Notes: generated from the sequence alone by a model not told the origin. DNA of 64,000 nucleotides from Bacteroidota bacterium (GCA_025963715.1 JAOQAG010000008.1:23907-87906); one strand, 5' to 3'. Shown: positions 47,457 through 57,337, numbered from the stretch's first letter. Numbers and translations are program-made.

Positions 47457-49571
47457 ATGACATTCAAGAGATATACTGTTACTGCTGCTTTGCCTTATGC
47501 GAACGGGCCTGTACACATCGGCCACCTTGCAGGCTGTTATTTGCCTGCGGATATTTATGTACGTTACCTGCGCTCAAAAGGCGAAGATGTAAAATTTATT
47601 TGCGGATCGGACGAACACGGCGTGCCTATTACGATCAAAGCAAAAAAAGAAGGTATAACGCCGCAACAGGTGGTGGATAAATATCACAAAATAATGGGTG
47701 ATGCTTTCCGCGATTTTGGCGTTTCCTTCGATATTTATTCGCGCACTTCTTCACAGACACATCACGAAACGGCTTCCGGATTTTTTAAAACATTGTATGA
47801 TAAAGGTGTTTTTAAAGAGGAAGTAACGGAGCAATATTTTGATGAAAAAGCCAACCAGTTTCTGGCCGACCGCTACATTGTGGGAACTTGTCCGAAATGC
47901 GGCAATGAAAACGCTTATGGCGACCAGTGCGAAAATTGCGGCACGAGCTTAAATACAACCGACCTGATCAATCCGCGCTCGACGCTTTCCGGTGAAAAAC
48001 CGGTATTGAAAGAAACGAGGAACTGGTTTTTGCCTTTGGATAAAATGCAGCCGCAAATCGAGGCGTACATTGATTCGCACAAGGAGTGGAAAAGCAATGT
48101 GTTCGGGCAATGCAAAAGCTGGCTGAATGCGGGTTTGCAGCCGCGTGCTATGACGCGCGACCTGGATTGGGGCGTAAAAGTTCCGATCGAAGGTGCAGAG
48201 GGAAAAGTGCTGTATGTATGGTTTGACGCACCGATCGGGTATATTTCCGCTACCAAGGAATTATTCAGGAATAAGGATTTAGGAATTGGGATTGATGCCA
48301 ACCGCGGAACCGAACTGGGTACCAGAACCGGAATTTTGGATGATTCTGAATGGGAAAAATACTGGAAAGATAAAGATACCAAGCTGGTGCATTTTATCGG
48401 GAAGGATAACATTGTTTTCCATTGTATTATTTTCCCGGCAATGCTGATGGCGGAAGGTTCTTACATCCTGCCTGACAATGTTCCGGCGAATGAATTTTTG
48501 AACCTGGAAGGAAATAAAATTTCCACATCGCGCAACTGGGCGGTATGGCTGCACGAATATTTGCTGGAGTTTAAGGACAAGCAGGATGTATTGCGTTATA
48601 CGCTTTGCGCGAATGCACCGGAAACAAAGGACAATGATTTTACATGGAAAGATTTCCAGGCGAAAAACAACAATGAGCTGGTGGCGATCCTTGGAAATTT
48701 TATCAACCGCACGATGGTGCTGACGCATAAATATTACGAAGGAAAAGTACCGGTAGCGGCAGAATATACAAAAAGTGATATTTTATTGCTGGAAGAGATC
48801 AGCAAATATCCGGCGAAGATCGCGGCAAGCATTGAACAATACCGCTTCCGCGAAGCGCTGGGTGAATTGATGAACCTGGCGCGTTTGGGAAATAAATATT
48901 TAGCGGAAAATGAACCCTGGACGCTGATCAAAACGGATGAAAAACGTGTGCAAACGATCATGAATTTGTCGCTGCAGATCTCCGCTAACCTGAGTGTGCT
49001 GATGGAACCTTTCCTGCCATTCACTGCAAAGAAGCTGGGCGCGATGATGAACCTGAATACCGATTTAAAATGGAACGATGCAACGCGCACGGATCTTTTA
49101 CTGGCGGGGCACCAGGTCAATCCATCCAGCTTATTATTTGATAAAGTGGAAGATGATGTGATTGTTGCACAGGTACAAAAACTGGAAAATTCGAAAAAAG
49201 AAAATGAAGCGGCGAATGTTGCTGCTGTGGAGCCTGCAAAACCGGAAACATCCTTTGATGATTTTTCCAAAATGGACATTCGCATTGGTACCATTGTGGA
49301 AGCGGAACGTGTACCAAAAACCGACAAGCTTTTGAAATTGCTGATCGATACGGGAATTGACAAGCGTACGGTTGTTTCGGGCATTGCGGGATCATACAAA
49401 CCGGAAGAGATCATCGGGCAACAGGTAAGCATTTTGGTAAATCTTGCGCCACGTAAAATAAAAGGGATTGAAAGCCAGGGGATGATCCTGATGGCGGAAA
49501 ATAATAAAGGTGAATTGAGCTTTGTAGCGCCTACAAAAGCAGATATGAATAATGGCGGCGCTGTAAAATAA
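47457..49571 (+). CDS. metG: Methionine--tRNA ligase with C-terminal EMAPII-like tRNA-binding domain
   Basis: HIGH-like [12 protein letters not shown], zinc knuckle [23 protein letters not shown]-equivalent KISTSRNW, C-terminal tRNA-binding OB domain. Confidence 0.95.
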   Translation: MTFKRYTVTAALPYANGPVHIGHLAGCYLPADIYVRYLRSKGEDVKFICGSDEHGVPITIKAKKEGITPQQVVDKYHKIMGDAFRDFGVSFDIYSRTSSQTHHETASGFFKTLYDKGVFKEEVTEQYFDEKANQFLADRYIVGTCPKCGNENAYGDQCENCGTSLNTTDLINPRSTLSGEKPVLKETRNWFLPLDKMQPQIEAYIDSHKEWKSNVFGQCKSWLNAGLQPRAMTRDLDWGVKVPIEGAEGKVLYVWFDAPIGYISATKELFRNKDLGIGIDANRGTELGTRTGILDDSEWEKYWKDKDTKLVHFIGKDNIVFHCIIFPAMLMAEGSYILPDNVPANEFLNLEGNKISTSRNWAVWLHEYLLEFKDKQDVLRYTLCANAPETKDNDFTWKDFQAKNNNELVAILGNFINRTMVLTHKYYEGKVPVAAEYTKSDILLLEEISKYPAKIAASIEQYRFREALGELMNLARLGNKYLAENEPWTLIKTDEKRVQTIMNLSLQISANLSVLMEPFLPFTAKKLGAMMNLNTDLKWNDATRTDLLLAGHQVNPSSLLFDKVEDDVIVAQVQKLENSKKENEAANVAAVEPAKPETSFDDFSKMDIRIGTIVEAERVPKTDKLLKLLIDTGIDKRTVVSGIAGSYKPEEIIGQQVSILVNLAPRKIKGIESQGMILMAENNKGELSFVAPTKADMNNGGAVK

Positions 49572-49595
49572 TTTCATCTTAATAATTTATTCTTT

Positions 49596-50135
49596 ATGAT
49601 ACAATTAATCCGGCTGATCGTTGCACTTGTTTTATGGATCTCACGTGCCAGTAAAAAACAAGGTATTTCAGGTACAAAACGAAAAACAACGAAACTGATC
49701 GAAAAGATCAATAATAATGAAGTTGACCTGAATGCATTTAAAGCGGATTATATCCTGAGAACCGGAATGGAAACGCTTCCTGCTGATCAGCTGTTGATGG
49801 AAGACAATGAGCTGGAGAAAGCTTTCCTGCAACTAAAAAGTACGGAAAAATTCAAGATCAGGATGTGTAAAAAAATCACGCGTGGCGAATATCTTTTTAT
49901 TGTTGATAGTTATATTCATGATATAGAAGTAACCGGCATTAGCGGAAATACAAAAGAGACCATCGTAGAGAATACATATATTTTTATTTTCAAAAAGAAT
50001 TCGAAAACAAATTCATACGAAGTGTATTCCGATCTTCACGATGCGGCGCAGGATAAAACATTGCGTGTTAATTTTTCCAAATTATTGTTTGATCTGATCA
50101 ATAAAAATAAAGTGGAAGCGGCGTTGCCTGCTTAA
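49596..50135 (+). CDS. Hypothetical protein with N-terminal hydrophobic segment
   Basis: No recognisable domain; 24 nt downstream of metG. Confidence 0.4.
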   Translation: MIQLIRLIVALVLWISRASKKQGISGTKRKTTKLIEKINNNEVDLNAFKADYILRTGMETLPADQLLMEDNELEKAFLQLKSTEKFKIRMCKKITRGEYLFIVDSYIHDIEVTGISGNTKETIVENTYIFIFKKNSKTNSYEVYSDLHDAAQDKTLRVNFSKLLFDLINKNKVEAALPA

Positions 50136-50182
50136 TGTGTTGTAGAACAATGTCGTTATGGAAACAGAAATATTTTTCTGAT

Positions 50183-50277
50183 CTGTCATCCCGGGCTTGA
50201 CCCGGGATCTGCCAATTAAGAACTGCGTAGATGCTGCAAGTGTTTAGCAGATCCCGGGTCAAGCCCGGGATGACAGT
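50183..50277. repeat. Inverted pair of family-H hairpin elements (31-bp arms, 35-bp spacer)
   Basis: ctgtcatcccgggcttgacccgggatctgcc ... gcagatcccgggtcaagcccgggatgacagt. Confidence 0.9.
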
Positions 50278-50474
50278 ATTATTTGTGAATATTGTAACAA
50301 CAACATTTCCTTACAACAATATCTGTATTTTCAATTTTCACTGACTGTATTTTCTAAAAAGGTTGCTTGCAAAAACTTTTTTTATTTGCAATATATTTTT
50401 CATGGAGCTGTATCATTTGAAAGAGTTGATCGTTATAGAACCAAAACTATTCCGTTAAATAACTATTAAAACAA

Positions 50475-52631
50475 TTGCATTTGCGCTCTCTTCTACTCCT
50501 GCTTTTTTCTTTCCTGAGCTTTGGTTTGGCCGCCCAGGAAACATTTACATTATCAGATTCTATATTGCCAAACACAACCGGTTTTGAACGAAATCCGGTG
50601 AAGCTTGTACAGAAGCTCAGCGAAGGAAAAAACAGCGACAAGGAAAAGTTTGATGCTATTTTTACCTGGGTAGTAAAAAATATCCGTTACGATTATTATT
50701 CTTACCTCTCTCCAAGCGGTGCGTCCATGCCGAGAGTTGACAGGATCCTTAAATATAAAAGAGGAATCTGCATCGACTATGCTTATCTGATGGATACTTT
50801 ATGCAACCTTGCAGGGATCCAAAATGTTTCTATTTATGGTTATGCCAAGGATGATCTGTTTGATGTGAACGATTCGATCTACATGGATAATCATGCCTGG
50901 AATGCGGTGAAGCTGAACAATTACTGGTATCTATATGATGTTACCTGGTCGTCGGGAAAATACATGTGGAAGTATACAAAATTCAGTAAGCGTATTGTTG
51001 ATGCGAAGAAAAAACTCCTTTCAAAAGGGAAAGAAAAAAAGGTGATCTTTAAATCTACGCGGATCACTGAATGTGATACCACGCATTTCTCTTACGAGCA
51101 AACTTACACTGCTTTATCCTTAAAGCACAGGCTTCTCTATAAGCTTCTTTCCAGATTTAGAATTAAAAAACGACCGTATTTTGCTAAAGTCGGGCGGCCC
51201 GATTATTATTTAACAGAACCAAAAGTTTTTGCCATTACCCACTTTCCGGATAATCCGTATTGGGCGCTGCACAGCGACTACAAAACCTGCAGGGATTTTG
51301 AAACCGACAGCGCTTATTATAACCTGAATGACAGCACGTATATAAAACAAAAAAGAGAACCTAATTTTTGCCTGGATTGTGATAGTTATTTTGCGCTTGA
51401 TGAAATGGCGAAGCAAAAACAATTGAGAAATAACAGCTATAATTTTAATAAAAGAAACAGGTTCATTACCTGGTTATGTAATTACAATATCGCTAATATC
51501 TTTTACAACAAATCACTTCCGGAAACGGACTCGACGGCAAAGATCAACCTGATCGATTCGTCGCTTACTTATTATTCAAATGCCAAAAATGATCTGCGCC
51601 AATGCGTTATTAATGTAAATAAAGAGAATCAGCTGCAGATGGCAAAAAACACGTTAAAATCAAGGATCCTTTATGATGAAAATAAAAAGCATACACTTTT
51701 TATGCATGCTATTATAGCTGCGACCTATAAAGAAACAGGCAAGATGAATCATTTTTCGCAGGAAAATAAAGTTGCTGTAAAAAGATTCCGGCTGAAGAAA
51801 AAAAAATTGTCCGGGATTACCGGGAATGTAGAAATTAAATCACGTGGGTTCAGGACAAAAGAAAACGTAAAAGCAATTCAGTTGAAATTTAAAAAAGATG
51901 TAGAAACAGCAGATTCATTGAACAACGAGTTCACTATCTTATTGGCATCCTACAATCAAATGGTGCCGGAGCTTTCTGATAAGCTCTGGAAAAAAATAAA
52001 GCTCCAGGATTCACTCGCCATGCCATTTGTATATGGAAGCATTTACCGGTGGCTATATCTGCTTGATAATTATAAAAAAGTGATTGTTGAAGAAAGAAAA
52101 AATATCGGGAAGTATGAAAAAAAATACATGCTCGATCTGCAGGACAGTATCTTTTTTCTTTCGGAGCGCTGTGCAGATAGCGGCATGCAATTATTCGATC
52201 TTCTTGAAAAGAGAAACAATCTTTATATAGAATCGACAAAGCTGGCGGCTATATTAACGGAAGAAACCAAGATCAGCAAAGATTCTTTAAAGAAATTTGT
52301 TAAGTTAAACAATGACAGGATCCAGGAAAATATTTGCTGGGTGGTTGGCGGTACTTCAAAATTAAAATCTGTTGTAACAGGATATAAATTAATTGTGAAT
52401 CGCCAAAAAATGATCGAACAGCTTATAAAAGGTGAAAACCGCAGTGAATATGGGAGATACAAAGAGGTTAACAGAGAAATTCTCCGCAGAAAAGTAAAAT
52501 TCAGAAATATTCCTATGCATAATTTAAGGGTAACATCACGGGGAAAAAATTCAGTTATTCATTACAAACGCAACTATCTGCAAAGCTTAAAAGAAGCGCG
52601 AAAAAAGGAAAAGAATAAAAAGCACAAGTAG
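50475..52631 (+). CDS. Transglutaminase-like cysteine-protease-fold domain protein with long Lys-rich alpha-helical C-terminal region (TTG start)
   Basis: Signal peptide; Cys (RGICIDYAYLM), His (DNHAWNAVKL), Asp (YLYDVTW) spacing typical of transglutaminase-like core; remaining ~550 aa lack recognisable domains. Confidence 0.6.
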   Translation: MHLRSLLLLLFSFLSFGLAAQETFTLSDSILPNTTGFERNPVKLVQKLSEGKNSDKEKFDAIFTWVVKNIRYDYYSYLSPSGASMPRVDRILKYKRGICIDYAYLMDTLCNLAGIQNVSIYGYAKDDLFDVNDSIYMDNHAWNAVKLNNYWYLYDVTWSSGKYMWKYTKFSKRIVDAKKKLLSKGKEKKVIFKSTRITECDTTHFSYEQTYTALSLKHRLLYKLLSRFRIKKRPYFAKVGRPDYYLTEPKVFAITHFPDNPYWALHSDYKTCRDFETDSAYYNLNDSTYIKQKREPNFCLDCDSYFALDEMAKQKQLRNNSYNFNKRNRFITWLCNYNIANIFYNKSLPETDSTAKINLIDSSLTYYSNAKNDLRQCVINVNKENQLQMAKNTLKSRILYDENKKHTLFMHAIIAATYKETGKMNHFSQENKVAVKRFRLKKKKLSGITGNVEIKSRGFRTKENVKAIQLKFKKDVETADSLNNEFTILLASYNQMVPELSDKLWKKIKLQDSLAMPFVYGSIYRWLYLLDNYKKVIVEERKNIGKYEKKYMLDLQDSIFFLSERCADSGMQLFDLLEKRNNLYIESTKLAAILTEETKISKDSLKKFVKLNNDRIQENICWVVGGTSKLKSVVTGYKLIVNRQKMIEQLIKGENRSEYGRYKEVNREILRRKVKFRNIPMHNLRVTSRGKNSVIHYKRNYLQSLKEARKKEKNKKHK

Positions 52632-52716
52632 AAAACAGGTTTCTAAAAAAAGTATATCTTTATAATTGCATTCAGGAAGGTTTTCCGGATGCAATTTTTA
52701 TTTTAAACCAACCACG

Positions 52717-54873
52717 ATGAAAAAAGGATTTTTAATTATTTCGGCTTTTATCGCGCTGACGCAGATAGCTGTTGCGCAAACAAAAATGCTGACGATGGAA
52801 GAAGCTGTTGTGAAACAAAAAACAACGCTTGCTCCCTCCAAACTTGCGCAGCTGATGTGGGTAAAAGGCAGCACTACCTATTCTTTTATTGATAAACAAA
52901 ATCCGGAAGAAATGCTGGCGACCGGAAGCGCCGATAATACCACTGCGAAAGAGATCCTGAGCTTAACGCAACTGAATACTGCATTGAGCACAGTGAACCA
53001 GAAAGCGATGAAAACGTTTCCGGTGATCACCTGGAAAAATGATAAACAATTTACGTTTGAAGTTGATAAACAATTGCTGAGCTACGACCTGGATGCAAAA
53101 AAAGTAACGGTGGAAGCCACTCGTGATTTTGGCGATGGCGCGGAGAATACGGATGTTGCTAACAAAACAAATTATGTAGCGTACACTGTAAACAATAATT
53201 TGTTTGTGTATGATGGAAAAAATAACCTGATCGTGACGAATGATAAGGATGAAAATATTGTGAACGGAAAATCGGTACACCGTGAAGAATTTGGCATTGT
53301 GAAAGGAACATTCTGGTCGCCAAATGGCAATTTACTGGCGTTTTACCGCATGGATCAAACAATGGTAACGGATTATCCGATCATCGACTGGACTACCCGC
53401 CCGGCTACAAATCACAATATTAAATACCCGATGGCCGGTGATAAAAGCCATGAAGTAACGGTTGGAATTTACAATGTGAATACAGGTAAAACGGTGTTCC
53501 TGAATACCGGTGAGCCGAAGGAGCAATACCTGACGAACATTGCCTGGAGCCCGGATGAACAATTTGTTTACATTGCTGTTTTGAACCGCGAACAAAATCA
53601 TTTGAAATTAAATAAATACAGTGTGGCAAGCGGACTGATCGAAAAAACATTGTTTGAGGAAACTAATGATAAGTATGTGCATCCAACGCATACGATGGTA
53701 TTTTTACCGACCAATCCCAATCAATTTATCTGGCAAAGCGAACGCGATGATTACAATCAGTTGTATTTGTATAGCGCCGATGGTAAGCTGATCAAACAAT
53801 TGACAAAAGGCAATTGGGTGGTAACGGATTTCGCAGGATTTGATAGCAAATGTACACGGGCCTTTTACACGGCAACAACTGAAAGCGGCATCACGCGTAA
53901 TTTTTACAGCGTAGATCTGAAAAAAGGAAAGATCACACGCATCACACAAGGCGACGGTACACATACGGCAACGCTGAGCAGCAACGGAAATTACATTCTT
54001 GATAATTTTCAAAGCACTTCCGTTCCGCGGAATATTTATGTGATCCCGACAAACGGAAAAGCTGCAAAACAAATTTATACGGCCGCAAACCCGCTGGCAG
54101 ATTATAAACTGGGAAGCATGAGCATTTTCACATTAAAAAGTGATAACGGCGATGACTTGTATTGCCGGTTGTTTAAACCGGTAGATTTTGATGAGAATAA
54201 AAAATACCCAACCATTGTTTATTTATACAACGGCCCGAATGTGCAGATGGTGAACAATACCTGGAATGGTGGTGGCGACCTGTGGTTCCAATACATGGCG
54301 GAACACGGGTATGTGGTTTTTACGATGGACGGAAGAGGCAGCTGGAACCGCGGATTGGCTTTTGAACAGGCGTCATTCCGGCATCTGGGGGTTACGGAAA
54401 TGAAAGATCAGATGGTGGGTGTTGATTTTTTAAAAAGTCAGAAATACGTGGACGCAAGCCGCATGGGCTTATTTGGCTGGAGCTTCGGCGGATTTATGAC
54501 CACCAGCATTATGACGCGTTACCCTGATGTGTTTAAAGCAGCGGTAGCGGGTGGCCCGGTGATGGACTGGAGCTATTATGAAGTGATGTATACGGAGCGT
54601 TACATGGATACGCCGCAGGAAAACCCCGACGGTTACAAGGAAGCGCGCACGATGAATTACATTGATAACCTGAAAGGGAAATTAATGCTGATCCATGGAA
54701 CGCAGGATCCGGTGGTGGTTTGGCAGCAAAGCATTATGTTTTTGAAAGCTTGTGTGGATAAAGGAAAACAGGTGGATTATTTTGTATACCCGGGGCATGA
54801 ACATAATGTTTTGGGGAAAGACAGGCAGCAATTGTATCAGAAAGTGACGGATTATTTTATGCAAAATTTGTAA
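52717..54873 (+). CDS. S9 family serine peptidase (dipeptidyl-peptidase IV-like: beta-propeller + alpha/beta hydrolase)
   Basis: Signal peptide MKKGFLIISAFIALTQIAVAQ; catalytic GWSFGG, later D and H (IHGTQDPVV, GHEH). Confidence 0.85.
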   Translation: MKKGFLIISAFIALTQIAVAQTKMLTMEEAVVKQKTTLAPSKLAQLMWVKGSTTYSFIDKQNPEEMLATGSADNTTAKEILSLTQLNTALSTVNQKAMKTFPVITWKNDKQFTFEVDKQLLSYDLDAKKVTVEATRDFGDGAENTDVANKTNYVAYTVNNNLFVYDGKNNLIVTNDKDENIVNGKSVHREEFGIVKGTFWSPNGNLLAFYRMDQTMVTDYPIIDWTTRPATNHNIKYPMAGDKSHEVTVGIYNVNTGKTVFLNTGEPKEQYLTNIAWSPDEQFVYIAVLNREQNHLKLNKYSVASGLIEKTLFEETNDKYVHPTHTMVFLPTNPNQFIWQSERDDYNQLYLYSADGKLIKQLTKGNWVVTDFAGFDSKCTRAFYTATTESGITRNFYSVDLKKGKITRITQGDGTHTATLSSNGNYILDNFQSTSVPRNIYVIPTNGKAAKQIYTAANPLADYKLGSMSIFTLKSDNGDDLYCRLFKPVDFDENKKYPTIVYLYNGPNVQMVNNTWNGGGDLWFQYMAEHGYVVFTMDGRGSWNRGLAFEQASFRHLGVTEMKDQMVGVDFLKSQKYVDASRMGLFGWSFGGFMTTSIMTRYPDVFKAAVAGGPVMDWSYYEVMYTERYMDTPQENPDGYKEARTMNYIDNLKGKLMLIHGTQDPVVVWQQSIMFLKACVDKGKQVDYFVYPGHEHNVLGKDRQQLYQKVTDYFMQNL

Positions 54874-54902
54874 TTTCAGTATTGAATTTAAAAAAAACGA
54901 TC

Positions 54903-55712
54903 ATGGCAACAGCAGCAAAAATTAACTGGGAAGCGGCTTTTCAACCGCTGATCAAAAAATACAAAGGCAAACAGCATCCGCTGGATTATAAAAATACGTA
55001 CCAGCTGATGGTCATGGTGATCTTGTCGGCGCAGGATTCCGACCGGCATATCAACAGCCTGGCGGAGCCATTGTTCAAAGCTTTTCCAAACATGGAAGCG
55101 CTGGCGCGTGCCGATTACGAAGCGCTGATCCCTTTTGTAGGCAAGGTGCGCAACTCGGGTAATAAAATGAAATGGCTGATGCAGATCGCGCAGACACTTA
55201 AAACGGATAAAAGTATACCGCAAACACTGGAGGAATTAACGAAACTACCCGGTATAGGCCGTAAATCGGCGAACGTGATCCTGCGTGAAAGCGGCAAAAA
55301 GGCGGAAGGCATTATTGTGGATCTGCACGTGGTGCGTGTGGCGCCACGGATTGGCATAGCAACAGGCACCGATCCTAAAAAGATTGAGCAGCAGCTGATG
55401 GATGCATTACCACAGAAAGATTGGGGCGAAGTTGGGATGGCAATCTCGTTTTTAGGCCGCGAAACCTGCAGACCAACCGACCCGAAACATGCGGAATGTG
55501 TGATGAAAACGCATTGTGAGTATTTCAGATCAATGACAACTGGGAAGAAAGCACCATCTGAGAAAAAGGCGGCACCAGTGAAAAATGCAGCAGCAACGAA
55601 GAAGGTGGCGGTAAAAAAAATTGCCGCGAAGAAAAAAGCCGCACCGGCTAAAAAGACTGCAGTAAAGAAAAAAACAGCTGTGGCGAAGAAATCTGTGGGT
55701 AAGAGAAAGTAA
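54903..55712 (+). CDS. Endonuclease III-like HhH-GPD DNA glycosylase fused to a C-terminal histone H1-like Lys/Ala-rich tail
   Basis: HhH LTKLPGIGRKSANVIL with catalytic Lys, IVDLHVVRV Asp, only three Cys in the cluster region; C-terminal 75 aa KKAAPVKNAAATKKVAVKKIAAKKKAAPAKKTAVKKKTAVAKK. Confidence 0.7.
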   Translation: MATAAKINWEAAFQPLIKKYKGKQHPLDYKNTYQLMVMVILSAQDSDRHINSLAEPLFKAFPNMEALARADYEALIPFVGKVRNSGNKMKWLMQIAQTLKTDKSIPQTLEELTKLPGIGRKSANVILRESGKKAEGIIVDLHVVRVAPRIGIATGTDPKKIEQQLMDALPQKDWGEVGMAISFLGRETCRPTDPKHAECVMKTHCEYFRSMTTGKKAPSEKKAAPVKNAAATKKVAVKKIAAKKKAAPAKKTAVKKKTAVAKKSVGKRK

Positions 55713-55805
55713 AAAAGCTAAATTTGCAGGCGCAGATTTTAACACGGAGAGCACAGAGGAGAAGAGAGCTGCACGGAGATCGCGCCTGAATTTATATAAA
55801 TTATT

Positions 55806-55940
55806 GGTTTCGTAGTTCAACGCCCGCCTGCGCGAAAAGCGCATTCGGGTAAAGATAGAATAGAAGTTTACTAAACTTTTGATCCCAGTTCCCTGCCCGA
55901 ACGTGCTTTTCGCACGGGCGGGGATTCTGGTGGACGAGAC
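55806..55940 (+). repeat. tRNA-Arg-derived pseudo-tRNA copy A carrying two ~30-bp hairpin insertions (D-loop after position 17; T-loop after position 56)
   Basis: ggtttcgtagttcaacg[cccgcctgcgcgaaaagcgcattcgggtaaa]gatagaatagaagtttactaaacttttgatcccagttc[cctgcccgaacgtgcttttcgcacgggcgg]ggattctggtggacgagac; the inserts are near reverse complements of each other. Confidence 0.8.
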
Positions 55941-55965
55941 AAAAAAAAGGACGATTGAGAAGAGG

Positions 55966-56211
55966 ATGATGTACTATGCATATGTTTTAAAGAGTTTAAA
56001 AGACGGTTCATTATATAAAGGACATTGTGAGAATATTGAAATACGACTGAAACAACATAATAGCGGAAAAACTCAATCTATTTCTGGTAAACTTCCTTTT
56101 GAAGTAACATATTTTGAGAATTTTGAAACGCGTGAAAATGCAATTGCCAGAGAAAAATATTTTAAAAGCGCTGCTGGCAGACGATTTTTGAAACAAAAAT
56201 TAAATTTATAA
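55966..56211 (+). CDS. Free-standing GIY-YIG nuclease family protein (YhbQ/UPF0213-like, 81 aa)
   Basis: MMYYAYVLKSLKDGSLYKGHCENIEIRLKQHNSG...VTYFENFETRENAIAREKYFK: GIY-YIG, conserved Arg, His-Asn and Glu motifs. Track start 55879 lies inside the pseudo-tRNA copy A. Confidence 0.8.
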   Translation: MMYYAYVLKSLKDGSLYKGHCENIEIRLKQHNSGKTQSISGKLPFEVTYFENFETRENAIAREKYFKSAAGRRFLKQKLNL

Positions 56212-56216
56212 ACATT

Positions 56217-56273
56217 GGTTTAATAGTTCAACGCCCGCCCGTGTGAAAAGCAGGTTCGGGTGAAGATAGAATA
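56217..56273 (+). repeat. Partial tRNA-Arg-derived copy B (5' half only) with the same D-loop hairpin insertion
   Basis: ggtttaatagttcaacg[cccgcccgtgtgaaaagcaggttcgggtgaa]gatagaata, starting 6 nt after the GIY-YIG stop; upstream flank aatttata.aa.att shared with copy A. Confidence 0.75.
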
Positions 56274-56288
56274 AAAGTGTAAAATTAT

Positions 56289-56360
56289 TGGTTTCGTAGT
56301 TCAACGGATAGAATAGAAGTTTCCTAAACTTTTGATCCCAGTTCGATTCTGGGCGAGACC
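56289..56360 (+). tRNA. tRNA-Arg (anticodon CCT)
   Basis: Manual cloverleaf: acceptor ggtttcg/cgagacc (one G-U), D-stem gttc/gaat, anticodon stem gaagt/acttt, loop ttCCTaa, 4-nt variable loop, T-arm cccag ttcgatt ctggg, discriminator A; CCA not encoded. Confidence 0.8.
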
Positions 56361-56511
56361 ACAAAAGCCTCACAGAAATGTGGGGCTTTGTACTTAATAG
56401 TGAATATTTCACAACATTTAAGCTAGTTACCATATATCATAATAAGAAACACCAAAGTAGTATTCAGCAGGTTTCTGTCTTTTTTTACTTTTATCTTGAA
56501 AAACAAGTATA

Positions 56512-57237
56512 ATGAAACATCTAATAATCTTTCTTTTTCCTTTGCTGATCATAAGTTGTAATACAGATCAGAAAACGAAAGACGATCGGAGAAAAACGAG
56601 TTTAAAGCCAGAAGGTTTTATTAAAAATCAGGTTTTACTTACTAACTATGCAACATTTAAAGGCGGACAGTCATTGAATGGTGCAAGCGCATTTTTGATT
56701 GAATATAAAAACACTGTTTATGCTGTTACCGCTAAACATTTAATTGGAGAAGCCGGAGGTGTTACACCGGAGGTAAATCAAACAGCACTTTCAACAGAGT
56801 TATTAAGTTGGAAAATGTTTCCACGTGTACCTATCGATCCTTCAAGAGATACCGTAGTTGTAAATGCAACACATTTGAACTACCAAAAAAACAAAAGCGA
56901 CGCTTTATTGCTTAATACAATAAGTAATCATTCCAACATTAAACCTTTGATACCGTGTTTTAACATACCCACCACAGGAGATTCGTTGTTCCTAATAGGT
57001 TGCCCTTACAGCGAGACAGACTGTAAGCAAAACATTTACAAAGCTCTTTTTTTAAACGTTGAGCAAGGTTTTTTGAGATGTGAAATAAAATTTAATATCG
57101 AAATGGCTGGTTTTAGCGGGGCACCATTATTAAATAGCGAAGGACAAGTAGTAGGAATTATTTATGGCGGTGGAGAATCTGATGGTAAAAATTATATTTT
57201 AGCAACCCCTATAAATGAAATTCAATCCATAGAATAA
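56512..57237 (+). CDS. Trypsin-like (S1/S1C-fold) serine protease lipoprotein
   Basis: Lipobox LIISC; His region AKHLIG, Ser region GFSGAPLLNSEGQVVGII. Confidence 0.65.
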   Translation: MKHLIIFLFPLLIISCNTDQKTKDDRRKTSLKPEGFIKNQVLLTNYATFKGGQSLNGASAFLIEYKNTVYAVTAKHLIGEAGGVTPEVNQTALSTELLSWKMFPRVPIDPSRDTVVVNATHLNYQKNKSDALLLNTISNHSNIKPLIPCFNIPTTGDSLFLIGCPYSETDCKQNIYKALFLNVEQGFLRCEIKFNIEMAGFSGAPLLNSEGQVVGIIYGGGESDGKNYILATPINEIQSIE

Positions 57238-57337
57238 TTAAAACGTATAGTCATTGAGTATAGCTGTAATTTTAGCAATTATATAACTTACTAAGAAAAC
57301 TATTACCTTTTAACAATAGCTATTACAATGGTTAATC

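Noticed and set aside
48734-49432. 232-aa minus-strand ORF inside metG
   Set aside because: Antisense to metG, which has unambiguous class-I synthetase motifs.
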